Positions 12,741 through 25,356 of a DNA stretch of 64,000 bases are shown here, piece by piece. The notes beneath the pieces are model-generated. The model ran no database searches, was not told the origin of the DNA, and was given only the letters and a program-made list of their open reading frames with translations. The stretch spans positions 66,679-130,678 of the forward strand of contig BDGG01000003.1 of assembly GCA_001949185.1 (NCBI GenBank), read 5' to 3'. A program made the translations under genes and the position numbers. This stretch comes from Ramazzottius varieornatus (Eukaryota; Animalia; Tardigrada). The first letter of the stretch is position 1, and each line of letters opens with the position of its first letter.

Positions 12741-13086
12741 AGCTACATGAGTACCGTGAAAGAAGCAGAGGACCACAGAGTTTCGGAAAAAGAACATCGA
12801 GAGATTCAAAACTTCAAATTATTTCTCCGTTCACACAAAGAGCTGGCAATCGACCCCGCAAAAGTGGCGCATTTCCGGTTGCCCGTGAAAGTGGCGCATT
12901 TCCGGCTCGTTATGCTGTGATTTATACCGCCAACTGCGAAACGTTTTTTCTGCAGAATTTGAATTGTATAGAATCACATGATTTTATACAATTTTGGTCG
13001 AAAACACGACTTGCGAAACAGGCCCATTGTGGTATGGTGTGATGACTCTTAATACAGTATGTCATCTGCATAACGAGCCCGCCCAC

Positions 13087-13190
13087 CAGTGCACAAAATG
13101 CATCCCTACTCGTGGTCACGTGGTGTGAACGTATCAATCAACGGTAAACCACGTCACGTGACCACGAGTGGGGATGCATTTTGTGCACTG
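13087..13190. repeat. 104-bp foldback / mini-MITE
   Basis: 36-bp inverted repeat CAGTGCACAAAATGCATCCCYACTCGTGGTCACGTG with 1 mismatch. No TSD seen. Confidence 0.75.
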
Positions 13191-14851
13191 CAGCTTCATG
13201 CTTCAATCCACTACCAAGACCACATAAATCTGATCTTGCCAAAACCAAACTTCTTCGCTCAATGGACCATTTTCGTGTAACCCTGCGTTTTGCCTTTGGG
13301 TGACGTCATACGCCCAACGGACCAGTACCGGAGTAACCGGAACGCGGTGCCCAGGGATTTCTCGTAAGGTTAGGGTTCAGCGATAATTTTTCAAGGTCTG
13401 AGTTCTGCGGAATTTCATCTGGGAGTAAAAATATTCAACAGTCACGAAGAAAAAAGTAGTCTCCGCAGAATACCAAAGCCATCAGTCACGGAAGACAAGC
13501 CATCCTTCACCCAAGGAAGACAATCCATTATTCATGACAGGATTAGCGGTACGCAAGATGACGAAGGACAGCACCACAATGCCAAAGGAACAACAGGTTG
13601 TAACAGAAGAGCGAGTAGGTGGTGGCTTCGTAATCTGCAATCTCGTTCTTCGTACTAATAGTCAGAAGATTCCTGTAGGGCTTGCCTCTACGGCTGACGA
13701 TGTAGGCGCTTGCAGTGACCACCGAAATCCTAAATGAAGAAAAACCGAGCCTGAACAAGAGTCATCCGTAATAACCTGTACACTTCCGGTAGTGGAGGAT
13801 GGTCTTTGCTTCGGTGCTGAACTTACCTTCCTGTGCTTCCAGCAACTGTCTTGTCAAGTAGAGGAACAGGAAGGGTTTGGACATCCACTGTAAAGTGCCA
13901 TACATTTTTCAAAAGTCTCAAATGACAGAACAAAGCTACTTCCGCAAACGAGAGCGAAGAAAAGACGTTGAGAAAGAGTCGCAAATCACTTCTGGACTTC
14001 TGGCTCACAAACTGAATTGTGGATGATTTACAATGCTTTGTAAAGCGACCCGTTGACCCGAACCTGAATAGCCTACACTGTGTTTTCGGTTTCCGCCTGG
14101 TTCCGCTCAAAAATTTCCGGTTCTTCAAACCACTCGCTTTGGTTTGGTTATGAGATTTTTCGAAAATATGGTTATGGTTTGAAAAAAAAATGAGCGGATT
14201 AGTACTTTACCCTGAAAAGCTTCCGGGCTCGCTGTTTGGGAGTCATGCGGCTGACAGACATCTTCCACCGGAAATGGATTCATCTGTAGAATCCATAAAA
14301 ATCTTCATAATTTTTCTTTCTGGTTTATTTGTTCAAAAACCATTCTCAAGATAGACTATGCAGCAAGCTCAAGTCAGAAATATTACTCACCACGCGAACC
14401 CACCGAACGTCCAAGATTCCAGAAACAGTGACATTGTATTACGGCTGCACTCGGTAAAATATGTGTCTTCCGGTAATTGTTACCCGTCCGGATTGTGAAG
14501 CAGCGCAGAAGATAGCGAAACGAAAGCTGGCTCTACTGCTCGTATGGACAATCAGGGAAAACACCGGTGCATGTTTCAAACTCCGCTGCAAAAGACCTGT
14601 GCGTTTAGCTTGTTACGGTTAGTACAGTATAAAGCTCGTCTTGCGCTTTCTCAGGTGAGGAAGTAATCTGTTCGACTGTCTTAAGCTTCCAAGCAAACAT
14701 TTCCTGCTGCGTTATGACAAATCACACCGGTTCAGTCGAATATGTACGATGAATTGTCCTTATACTTGCGCACCCTCCAGTTCACTGGATTTCAGTTATG
14801 GACTCACCATGAAAAAGAAAACACGATGAAGAACCAGACATTTTACGAAAT

Positions 14852-17800
14852 TTATGGAATTGAGTCCTTTATCTGCAGTTGGGTTTTCACAGCTTCGACA
14901 AAAGGCCTCAATAACGCCAAATCAACAATAGTTTCAAACACTTCCTTATCGGCTTTTGCTTGCTGGCACAGTAGCCTCACCGACTCGAGTACCTCATCCA
15001 ACGCCGCCACTGGGTCCTCGACTGCCGCTTCTTCGGACATCATAGCGATGAACGAACACAGGGCAATCGTGTTGAGCATACCCGCTGCATTCTTCCACAG
15101 ATCGTCATTGTCCTCCCTGGTCAGAGTTACACCACGATCGTCTACGGCGTCTTCAGCATTTGGCCAAGCTAGTTTACACTGGTGGCGCAGCTTTTTCGGC
15201 AGACCGGCGCTCTGGTGCTGTAGAGCATGGATCAAAATACCGAAGCTCTGATTGAACCAAGCCAGATGCTCGTCAGACTCCATGGTACTCCCGTCGAAAT
15301 CCACCCGCAAAAAAGTCCTCTCTAAAAAGTAAAAGCTCAAAATTAGCAAGAATTCCACTGTCGACACAGCGAATACATAGTACGACATCGGCTTACTTTC
15401 GTCTTGGGTGGCTAACACTAAGATGACAGTGTGGCTTTCCGACAGCCAATTTCCCGACGAAAGTACCCACGGTATTATGACGGTAGTTTCTTGATCAAGG
15501 AAGATTTCAATCAACTCTTCCACGTCTTGGACTTGTGGCTGACATCTTGACTGAAGGAACTTGAGCAGATATATCGATCTGTCACGAGGAGGCGCCTGAA
15601 TAAATTCTGTAGTGTTGAAAGAAACAGAGAAGGTGTCGATAAGATAAAGACCCCTCTCAGCTGCACGGGAAGTCTTGTGCAGACGGAGTATTCTCTCAGT
15701 AGTAACGCGTTGGAGATCAGGTTGAGGAGTGGCGGAAAAGGTGCGCTTGTTGATCTGGGTTGCGAGCTCGGATATGACGTCGGGTTCGAGAGCGCCGACC
15801 TCCCTTTTGGTTTTGAGGCAGCTTGACCAAGCTCGGATATGATGCTTGTAGAGGTTGAATGTGCTGCTGTAGACTTTTCCGCAAAAGCAGGAGGGAATCT
15901 ACGTCAAAAAGAAATTCGATAAAACCATAAAAAAGGAATATAATTATAGGTGGTTAGCAAATGAAACACACAAATGAACGAAGCGTTTCAGGTGGCGCAC
16001 TTGCTGGTTAATTTTTCCTGCAGGCGTGCGCCACTTGAAACAACACTCTGGCTTGTTTCGTTTGCCGGCCTTCCATGTACAGTGTTCCTGTAAAGGAGAA
16101 ACCGAAACAGGGCTACCTGTGCTCTGATCCTTGAAGCGTTGAGAACCAGTGGAAAGACTCGTGGACCCAGCCGCTCTTTCAAGGCGTTCATGCTGACGCT
16201 GACATGGTTATTCAGTACTGCCCAATAGCGAGCCTCCGTCGACCCTCTGTAATTTGGGAACATTCTCCGTAAAGCGCACTCGTTGTTCCAGTTCGCTGCG
16301 ATGTCCAGAAGGCTGTGAAATATGTCCTTGTCGGGCAGGTCGTTGATGGTTCTGGCCATGTGGTGGTACAACTTTGGGAGATCGCTGACGGGGTGGAAAC
16401 CGGGTGTAGAGATGAAGTCTTCCAGTGACGAGCGCAGCGTGGTAGGGGAGGATGCTTCGGACGATGATTCGACTGACGGATGAGCCTTTTCTCTGAGATA
16501 CGGTTGGTGGAAAACGAGCTTATCAACCGGCGCTTGCGAGATCTTGGCGAAGGAACCTGTGCATCCAAAATGATTTGTCAAAATAGTGTGCAGAATCTGT
16601 TCAAATATGTATGTATAATTGAGTACCATATCAAGTTGACGGGAATTACACAAGGTTTTAAGGTTTTGGATTCCCTGATTACTTTACGAGTGTGTGTTTT
16701 TCAGTACGTACCGATCATCCTTCTTTCTTCTTTGCTCAACTGCGGATAATGCTCTTGGACGAACTCCTCGTAGTCTAACGCCCGTCGCTTCACCTTGCAG
16801 ACGTACACAACAAGAAGGAACAAGTCGTTGGACATGATCTTCTTCACTGCTTGCAGTTCTAGCTTGGCAGTACGCCTGTCGAAATACGCACTGTTGGCGG
16901 CGTTCCTCAGATACCTGTGAATCGCGTCGTCGGCCTTAGCTGTGCAGTACCCACTGCATGCATCATCCAGCAGAACAAGCAAGTCAGTCAGGCTAGTGTA
17001 GTCGGTTTTGGATGCGGGAACGGCTTCACTGGTGGAAGCCGATAAACCTATAGTGCTTCGCATCGCACCGAACTGTTCATTCTGTTGTCGGCGACCGGTG
17101 TTTCTGGCGAACGTCGACTCGCACATCTCCGAAAACCTGACTGCACGACAGAAGGAGCTTATAGATGAATCCAGTATACCTAGGAGATTTTCCTGCCAGC
17201 ACACACTGCTGAAGGTCAGTTTAAGGGTTACCTACTAACTGTTTCTGGAAATTCGGCAAAGCTTTGTACGCTTGACGAAACTCTTTCTCCTCTCTCAACT
17301 ACAACGAGAAAAGAAGCAATGCGAACTTTTTTTCGCGAGAACGAGTAGTGAGGTTTCTGGAAACTAACTGATGGACTTACACGAAGCCACGGTTCAGCAA
17401 TCGATACCATTGTAACGAGGTGCTCGCCCCCAATGAATTCCTTCTCGAAGTGCTTTCTGCAGTCTTGAGACAACCGCTTCATGTTTGTAACACCAGCTCG
17501 TTGAAGCAGAAAACAAAATCTGTCCTTGTCGGTTTCTGGCATTGTTTCGTAAATTTCATTCAGCGCGGTAAAGTACGAACGGATGTCTTCTTCCTTGAAC
17601 TCGACTTTCTTGTCGAATTCTTCGGTATATTTTCCCCGCTTCTTGGAAGGCCTCTCATCGTCGTCGATTCGACTGGACGAGGCTATCTTCGCGAACCAAC
17701 CTGTGTAACAACATTGATCTTCCCCTGTTTATCACACAGTGGAGAGTGTAAACACAGCTGAATAGTTTCGTACCGACAAACTTTCGAATCTCAGCACGGA

Positions 17801-18093
17801 GGCCGTCATACTGCTTTTCCCAATCAACATCTGCCCCGATTCGCGGAAGTGTCCAGTGACGATGCGTAAAAGGAAGCGGTAATTTCTTCTTGAGATTAGG
17901 GTGAGGATCCGTTCCGTCAGTCGGTGGCTCTCGTTTCTGGAAGTTTGAAAATGTACACGTGGAATGTACCACGTAGGATGTACGACGAGGACCTGACAAA
18001 AACGCACGATAGTCTGATATCAATACGTACCTTTGTGACTGGAGCTTCGTGAGATGGTGACTTTTCGGTAGGAATTACTACAGATGTCGGCAT
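14852..18093 (-). CDS. Multi-exon gene for a large, probably alpha-helical protein of unknown function
   Basis: Successive minus-strand ORFs (17655-18023, 17228-17542, 16701-17204, 15988-16653, 14852-15523). The junctions checked join in frame through GT-AG introns, e.g. 15899-16116. No recognisable domain; start codon uncertain. Confidence 0.6.
15989..16037. repeat. Spaced palindrome copy B
   Basis: CAGGTGGCGCA-N27-TGCGCCACTTG in intron 15899-16116. Confidence 0.8.
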
Positions 18094-20136
18094 CAAGACA
18101 ACAGCAGGCGAAATATTACAACAAAAGTAGTAACAGGTTGAGCTGAGCTGAGGAAATATTACAGCGTGACAGTACTCTCAAACACTCTTTTTCACCAATT
18201 TCCATTTCAAACACATGAAACGGCCTGTAACCGGAGACCTTGCTCAGTAGTTTCAAAGTCACTAGGTTGCTTAGAGTGGAGACAAGGTATGCAGATTATG
18301 ATGGAGGTATCACAAACTGACGTATCGTTCTCTTTGCGCAGAAGATTACTAATTTACTATTCTGCGGCTAGCTGTGTCCCTGTACTACGTTCGCCATACT
18401 CGCTGTACTGTTTTGCCTTTCGAATGGTCGGTCATCAAGCTTCTTAATATTTGGAGCAGAGACGTGATTTAGGGAAGACTAAACCGCAGGCGAGGTTCTT
18501 GAGTACGACTTCGCCAATTATTTAGCCGTGTAGAAGAAACTTTCGTCTACCAGAATATCTTTTTTCCTCCAAACAAGGAAGTTATGGGAACTTCCAGTTG
18601 ACCAGTCGAGCAGTGAAAAGAGACCTGCCCGCAGCTCGTCCCTTTTTACTGTTTAGCGGTTGGCGTCCTTAATGGCCTGCCTTCTATCCGCGCGGTGACT
18701 TTAGCCAGTCATAAAAGTAGTCGATAAGATGACCCTGAAATGGCCGGGCTTATGCACGAAGAACGAGCACGGCAGACGGACGCAAAAAGTGCTCTCACTT
18801 AGTTTGATGTCATATTGCCAACAATCGACCCATGCAACTTCAGAAACCTAACGAAAATCAGAAACTACCCAAAAGCTCCAAAATATATCGCGCAGCTAGA
18901 CAAGAGGTGTAAAATCTTTCTGCCGAAGGAACAGCTCTTATGAGGCACGGGCTTCGAGTACTGACTAATGTAATCAAGTAATCAAGTCGCAGGTATTCGG
19001 ATGCAGTGACCATGGCAGGCACTATCGTTGACTTAGAATGACTTTTGTGCCAAATTAAACAAATTTTGTACGGATCTCGAGGGAGCGGACTCTACGTCAA
19101 TACTGAGGTTCACGAAAGTATCGAAAGAGGAAGATGCGGAAACGTTCCGCACACATTTGAAATTTTAACTTTCGCCTTTATTTTTGCCTTCATTTAGTTA
19201 GGTCCCCCATGGCCGGAACAGAGCTGCAGAAAAAAAGATAAAAATAATGCATGGCGTGTAAGCCACTGATGGTAAGTGAAGTTATTTGCTGTTACTTCTA
19301 TCGATTTTCGAAGACGCCAATCATTTCGGACAGTGAATCAGTCCAGGCGTTAGCCGGCTCCCAGTCAGCTATATTTGAAATTTTGAACGCTGTCCGACAT
19401 GGTCGGTATTCTGTCCAGAGTATCCTGTTGCAAAAGACTTTTTACAGTAGTGTTCGTCTTACACTATTTGGAGGGAACAAAGAGTCAAAGAAATGCGACT
19501 TTGCATGTAAGCACAAAGTACCATTTTGTGTGACCCGTAAGCACTAAGTCTGCGAAAACATCGCTCTGGGAAGTAACGCATTTAAGAGCACTCGTAGTGC
19601 CTCAAATCAATGTTTTTGCACCGGCAGAACACCGAAGCGGCCAGCGTAAACTTTTCCACCATTCTACGCCTTATATTAGAAAACAGAGGGCGAAACGTTT
19701 CCTACCGCCAAGTAAAGCCAAAATGAGATTTCCGGGAAGGAAGGAATAAACACAGTATCAGAGCTACTGTACTCTAGTGTACACTATTCAACTCTAATTC
19801 TGGGTCTCGTAGCTGGCGGAAGCTGCGAAAACTAGAAAATTCGGCATCAGTTATAAATATCTGATAGCCTTCCTGTGTCACCCTGAAGTACGCTACACGC
19901 AGATGTATGGGAACTGAAACGCTTTGCTAAGCACTGATGCTCAGTGATTTAAAGCCGCAGAAAACTACAGTTAGCGAAAATACAAAAGAAAACTAGAAAT
20001 CCGGACCAATACAAAAACAAATGGGGATAAGTGCGTCTGGATTCCATGTTTCGTCATAGTGAAAATTTTGAAACATTTCTGTTCGATGGTTTCTGAGAAC
20101 ACTGAGAAACAACAATCCAAGACTTAACATTAGCTT

Positions 20137-20301
20137 TCAGGCCGAGCGAGCGAGGCCTTTATAAGTCCCACGATTTCAGTGCTAATCAGAATGTTCAGTC
20201 ATGGCTTTACCGCAAACTCTAATCTGTTAAAAGATGCGCCAGTTGGTCGGATAATACTAACTGCTCGATCGGCCTTCCCAGTGGTCAGGACCACTAGCTA
20301 G
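20137..20301 (+). mobile_element. Short non-autonomous Helitron/Helentron-like element, copy 1
   Basis: 5' TC, short inverted repeat AGGCCGA...TCGGCCT, 3' hairpin AGTGGTCAGGACCACT, then CTAG end, T|T flanks. Ends are shared with 48988-49184. Confidence 0.65.
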
Positions 20302-20946
20302 TAATTTAGATAGCACTTTTGTTACCGCTGACGGTCTCCGCTACAATGGGGATACCGATCAGTGAATGCCTTTTACCTTGGTTCGCTACTGGGGGTTTAG
20401 TAGTAGATTTTGATTTCGGTACTGTGCTGAGGTTTCCCGGTTGTCATCTGTCTTCTGATTACCGTCTGTACAGCTAGATTGGCTCTGGCTGCGGTTCTGG
20501 CAGACACTTTTTCTGGGTTTTTCGGACGATAAATTTATCGAAACTGAAACTCACATGATTTTGCGCGTCGATTGCAGAGATTAAGCAGCCACGTCCCATC
20601 GGCTTTCTGACTGTAGCCAAGGCTTGCTCTGCCCTTTTCGTGACTTGTAACTACAATTTGCTTTCCAGAGCTCCCGTTATTTTCGGAGAACAGCGTACGG
20701 TATTCGGATTTACGGTAAGCTAGTGTTGTGAAGCATGACGGCTGCCCAACTACTCGAAGTTGCGATCAGCTGCCCCGCTTTTGAGTAATGTTTCAGCTCA
20801 TTTTAACTACAGTCGGACTTTCATCCGGCGGTGCAGCTCGAGTGAAGACTGATGGAGCTCGAGTGGCTCTCGAGTCGACGGGCGTAGCTCATTACCAAAG
20901 AAAATATTGGTAACGAAAATGTTGCATAGTCAAGGAATTGATCTTA

Positions 20947-21108
20947 CTGTAATGCTATGAAATTATCGCGCACTCAACCACGTGAACAGTAAATTATGCC
21001 CCGGTGAGAGTCATTGAGGCTACACTGATTTATCTCATCACGTGGTTGAGTGCGCGATAATTCATCTCATCACGTGTTTGAGTGCGCGATAATTTGGTAG
21101 CACTACAG
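20947..21108. mobile_element. TA-flanked MITE (CTGTA termini)
   Basis: About 39-bp TIRs CTGTARTGCTA..AAATTATCGCGCACTCAAMCACGTGA, TA TSD. Internal tandem duplication of about 31 bp of the right subterminal region. Confidence 0.8.
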
Positions 21109-23156
21109 TATTATATATTGGCGGAAACGGTTCCGTAAAAGTACCGTCGGTGGAATTTTGAGCTGGAAACGTTAGAAAGTCGCTGTCTAGGGAACTCCTG
21201 TCGGCAACGCGTGATCTTTAACCTTATCTATTGACCTTGCTTATGAGACCTGCTGTAGTGCTGTTGCTCTTTTCTGGTGAAAACAAACTTTCACTGAGTG
21301 GGCTACGACTGTGTAGAATGAGAGCGCCTACCAAAGACTACCGGAGGAGACGGAGACATGACTGCGCCGTCTATGTTTGACCATCACGTATTACCCATTT
21401 CCTCTCGGATCGTGGACAAGTTAGCGGTAATGGATAACCCTGCACAGCAGAAAACCACGGCGAATCACGTAACCTCTGATTGTTCTATGGAAACCAAACT
21501 TACGAAAGAAACAAACGGCACTTTTTTGAGCTGCACTATCTCTCTCTGAACGCGCAGGAGTGAGGTTAACAGCTCTATCACCAACTGGGTCCTGTAATAG
21601 TTTTACTTCAAAAGCTGTACCATCTTTCGTCTTGGTGAGTTCAGGGTGGTCAGCCGGCTTCCTCATCCTTATGTGCTTGTTCTAACAGTTCTATTCTCTC
21701 ATCCTTTCAATCCTGAACATGGAAATTATACGAAAGCCCTATGTGTTCATTATTTTCCAAATCGTACGTATGGTCGGCAAATCAGTGGCGGATCCGGATA
21801 CTGACGATGCAGGGCTGCTGCCGGGGGACTTCGCAGACGAGAGATTCCACCCGTATTGGAAAATCGAGCCTACGTGCTATGTGTGCAATTGGGCAGGCAC
21901 GTATTAACACTGCGTACGACCGTCCTCTTTGTGTATACAATCACTCAGTTTTATTCACCTCCCAGTTTTAGCTTTTGGTCTTTCGGGTCTGGGTCATTTT
22001 GTTTGCATGTATCTCGGTCTTCTCACCAAAGCAACACTAATGACCAGCGGTCAGCAAAACCCCAGCACGCTGGAAATTTTTTCCACGGTTTCGGGTGGTT
22101 TTGGTGAAACGTGGTGTTTCGTCTCTTTGCGCGAGACACGTGCACGGTATTCGCTTAGGAGAAAAACTGGAGCACTGGGGACAGTCTTATCTATCGAAGC
22201 CGAGCCTGGGATAAATTTTGTAGTCATCAGTGCAGTCAGAAGAAAATCAAGACGACCAGTTCTCCCTTTTGAGACTTGGCATTCATGGCCTGCCAATTAT
22301 CCGAATTTTGAAATTTCGAAAATTGCCTATTGGTTGGACCAGCCTCCGCAACACGGTACCAGCCAACAAAATTCATGTATACACAGAGAGGACGGTAGTA
22401 TTCTGCAAACATGAAAATGATCGTGCTGAAAGTGTTAATAGCTTACAGTGTTTGAGACGTGGAAGTGGACGCTCCAAGATGCATAGATCGCTTCAAACCA
22501 ATCGATGTTTCTGTAATTGCAGATCACAAATACGAATGCCTCAATCCGGACCCCAATGTACGAATCGGTCTAATGTTGTGTGGAGGAGAAATGCATGTTT
22601 AGGAAAGGCAGAGGTTGATCCTCGTTTACTTGCAGATTTTGGTCGGGTTTGCGCAGGAGTGTGGGAAGACTCTTGGACATAAAAATGTCTTCGACGACCA
22701 CGCGTGCATGGTGTTTATACCAAAGGAGCCCCGAGCTGACGGCGACAACTGTGAGTAGTCGCCGGAGGTGGTGCAAAGACTATTTTTGTACCCTTACAGG
22801 TAGGCTTGTCACGGACGAGATAGAATGAACGATTTTATCCATTTCCTATCCGCGGATTTGGGAATTCTTATTCGCGGATGGAAAATGGATAAGGACAGGT
22901 ACGAGCCGAAAAGCACCATCATAAGATAAGCAGGGCGTATCCTTGGTTGACCGATCACGCGTAATAAGCCTTGCGTGTCAGGCCTATGTTAGACTTTGCC
23001 TTTTCCCCGGTATTCAACCTGTCCGTTGTCCAGATTTCATTGAGTGTGTCTCCATGCCGTGACCCCAGAGGGTTGAGGAAGTTTGCCCTGCACATAGATA
23101 TACCGGTATAAGTGTTGTGCATGACACCGGTACCACGAGTGATGCTCGCATGAATA

Positions 23157-23750
23157 GTGTGGTGCTCGCAGTTTGACCCGCACTTGACCACGTAAACAGT
23201 AAATAAAGCCCGGGTGACAGTCAGAGAGACTGATAGCATCTGATCATGCTGGGCAGCGATGATTCATCACGTGGTTCCGTGCGCGTTAAATTGCGAGCAC
23301 TACACGCACGACGAGATATTACGGGCCAGTAAAAATTACGGACCAGGCCGTTCCGCTGCGGCGGCACGGGCAGGTGATTCTTGCTTCAAGTAAAAACCAC
23401 ATCGAAGGCTAGACTGCTGTACGTGCGTGCTGTATATTGGGCCGAGGAGCTAAAGCTTGTCATATTAATGTTATAGCCGTCAGATCTTCATTATACCTTC
23501 AACAGTTCAAACTATTCCAAGGCTTCTCTGGCCTCCGGGAGAAGGTCGACAGCAGCATTGAAGCGTTAGAGTAAAACAGCTGATCAGCTGATGGCCACTG
23601 TCCATGACAATTTTCTACGGTTGAATTTTACTACGCAACGTCATTTGTGCGATTTCTGTTTCTGACTTCCATACAAATTGTGAATTTGCCGTCTTTTCCG
23701 CCTGGCCCGTAATTTTTAATGGCCCGTAATATCTCTTCGTGCGTGTACAG
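23157..23750. mobile_element. Older copy of the 20947-family MITE, interrupted in its right TIR by a nested element
   Basis: Shares CCACGT.AACAGTAAAT.A.GCCC.GGTGA.AGTCA and TCATCACGTGGTT..GTGCGCG with 20947-21108. The terminal CACTACAG is split at its TA. Confidence 0.7.
23303..23745. mobile_element. CACGC-terminal pogo-like MITE
   Basis: About 45-bp TIRs CACGCACGAMGAGATATTACGGGCCAKTAAAAATTACGGRCCAGGC, TA TSD at 23301-23302 and 23746-23747. Confidence 0.85.
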
Positions 23751-24423
23751 CAATATTTATGACTGCCCCAAGAGATACATCAAGCCCCATAATTGATCAA
23801 CCACCCCCGATTTCAGCTGAAAAGTCATATCTTCGCTCTCCGTCGTCCGATTGGAACAACTTATAACATTTCGAAGTTCGATGGTTTTTCTCCCAGATTG
23901 CGTGATATTCGTTTGGAATGATCAACAAATCAACTGGCGCAAGGTCGCCGAGATAACTCGAAAACTACCTTGAGTTTGGCATCCTGCCGTGACGTTTGTC
24001 GTAGCACCGACCCCAAGTCCTTACTATCAAGCAAAGGGCTACACTGGGTTCTCAAACGAGTCTACGTGAGAATTTTTCGGTGGTCTGGCAGAAAACTTTT
24101 GCTGAGATAAATACCAGGAATCAGTGGTGGCCCGTTGAATTTTAATCCTGTTTAGCAGTTGGAAATCAAATGTTTGGCGGTTCCGAACCGTCAGCTCGGG
24201 TTGGGTTGCACTGAAAAAAGCCGAACTGAGCTTTGTTTTGATTATTCAGAATTACCTACTTGGTCCATGTCCAAATTAATCCCGGCCCGGTTATCGGTTC
24301 GGCTCCCACGCCGAGGCCAGACATATGAATTTCGAAGAATTAAATTTCACTGCCAGGAATTATTTGCGCGAACGATGTGTCGAGCGGGACTCGAATAATC
24401 GGAACTTCCCTTATTGCTTACTA

Positions 24424-25356
24424 TCAGGTGCGGAAGCATGACTTGCAACTTTTGTCAACTTCAACTTCAAAACGATGTGAACATCAACTTCCAAAATTTA
24501 TATCCACCGTTTCAGACAAGCGTTTTCCCTCAAATTTTTTGTGATATAATGCATCATCCTGCACCTTTCGGATGTGCTTTTGAACGTCCAAAATATCAAT
24601 ACTTGTCAAGGTGCGTAATTAATTTTTCTAAAATTGGTCATCCTTTCAAAAACGCGTCGCTTTCGGTGAAAATCTTTTCGAGCGCCCAGATGCTTTCACG
24701 AATTTCATTATGGTCTGAGTCGTACTTCAACCAACCTTCTTCTACAAGCACCATCCGGTTTTCTTCTAAACCGTCGGCTGCCAAAGTTATATGGACGGAA
24801 ACCAAGACAAGATACCAAACACCAAATCTTACATTCCACGTGCTGAAGGAATTAAATCGCAGATCAACTTCTGCTGAACACTGAGCATAGCCTGCGGTAT
24901 TCTTTGAGCAGCCCATCAAGAGTTTTCAGGAAGTCCTTGACAATTTTAACTCTCGCTGCCCCGCAAAAGTGACCCATTTTGCAGGTTGTTTTTGCACTAC
25001 GAAAATCGGAAATTCTTTAAAATTGTGGATGTCGCAATGAGACAACTTCTGACCGCAGTCATGGAGACTCGACTTCGTTCGAATGAATTGCATGACTGGC
25101 TTCAGAATCGGTTAAGCCAGTGCCTCGGAAAACATTCAAAAGAAGAGGGGAAAAACCTTCCTTTTTCGGTTACAAGCTCAGCTTCTCTTCCCGTGCTCGG
25201 CACATGGAGCCTATTTTTGCTAGCAAGAAGAAGAGGAGTGTTGGTGGACAACCTAATATTATGGTACGGGGAGAAAGAAAAACCATAAGGCGATTTTACA
25301 AAACAGGTTTGAAAAATTATACTCTGAAAACTTGCAAGTCAAACTTCCGCACCTAA
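24424..25356 (+). mobile_element. Decayed, internally deleted Tc1/mariner element
   Basis: TIRs TYAGGTGCGGAAG..TGACTTGCAASTTTT with TA flanks (24422-24423, 25357-25358). Internal peptide SAQMLSRISLWSESYFNQPSSTSTIRF weakly resembles a Tc1 HTH. Confidence 0.7.

Larger units (their letters stand above)
10347..13025. mobile_element. PIF/Harbinger-superfamily (Pangu-like) DNA transposon 2, full length, decayed, opposite orientation to element 1
   Basis: TIRs AGACCTGTTTCGCAAGTCATGTTTTCG and revcomp GGGCCTGTTTCGCAAGTCGTGTTTTCG. ATT direct repeats at 10344-10346 and 13026-13028. Confidence 0.9.

Noticed and set aside
22835-22892. 20-bp imperfect inverted repeat
   Set aside because: Single copy, no TSD; likely a MITE remnant with nothing further to support.
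21318-23090. Exon-like segments with splice-like signals on the plus strand
   Set aside because: Could not build a stop-free model or recognise a domain; possibly a decayed gene but unsupported.
24638-24919. Minus-strand ORF with faint hAT-like words (DLRFNS)
   Set aside because: Lies within TA-flanked mariner-type TIRs; resemblance is probably chance.
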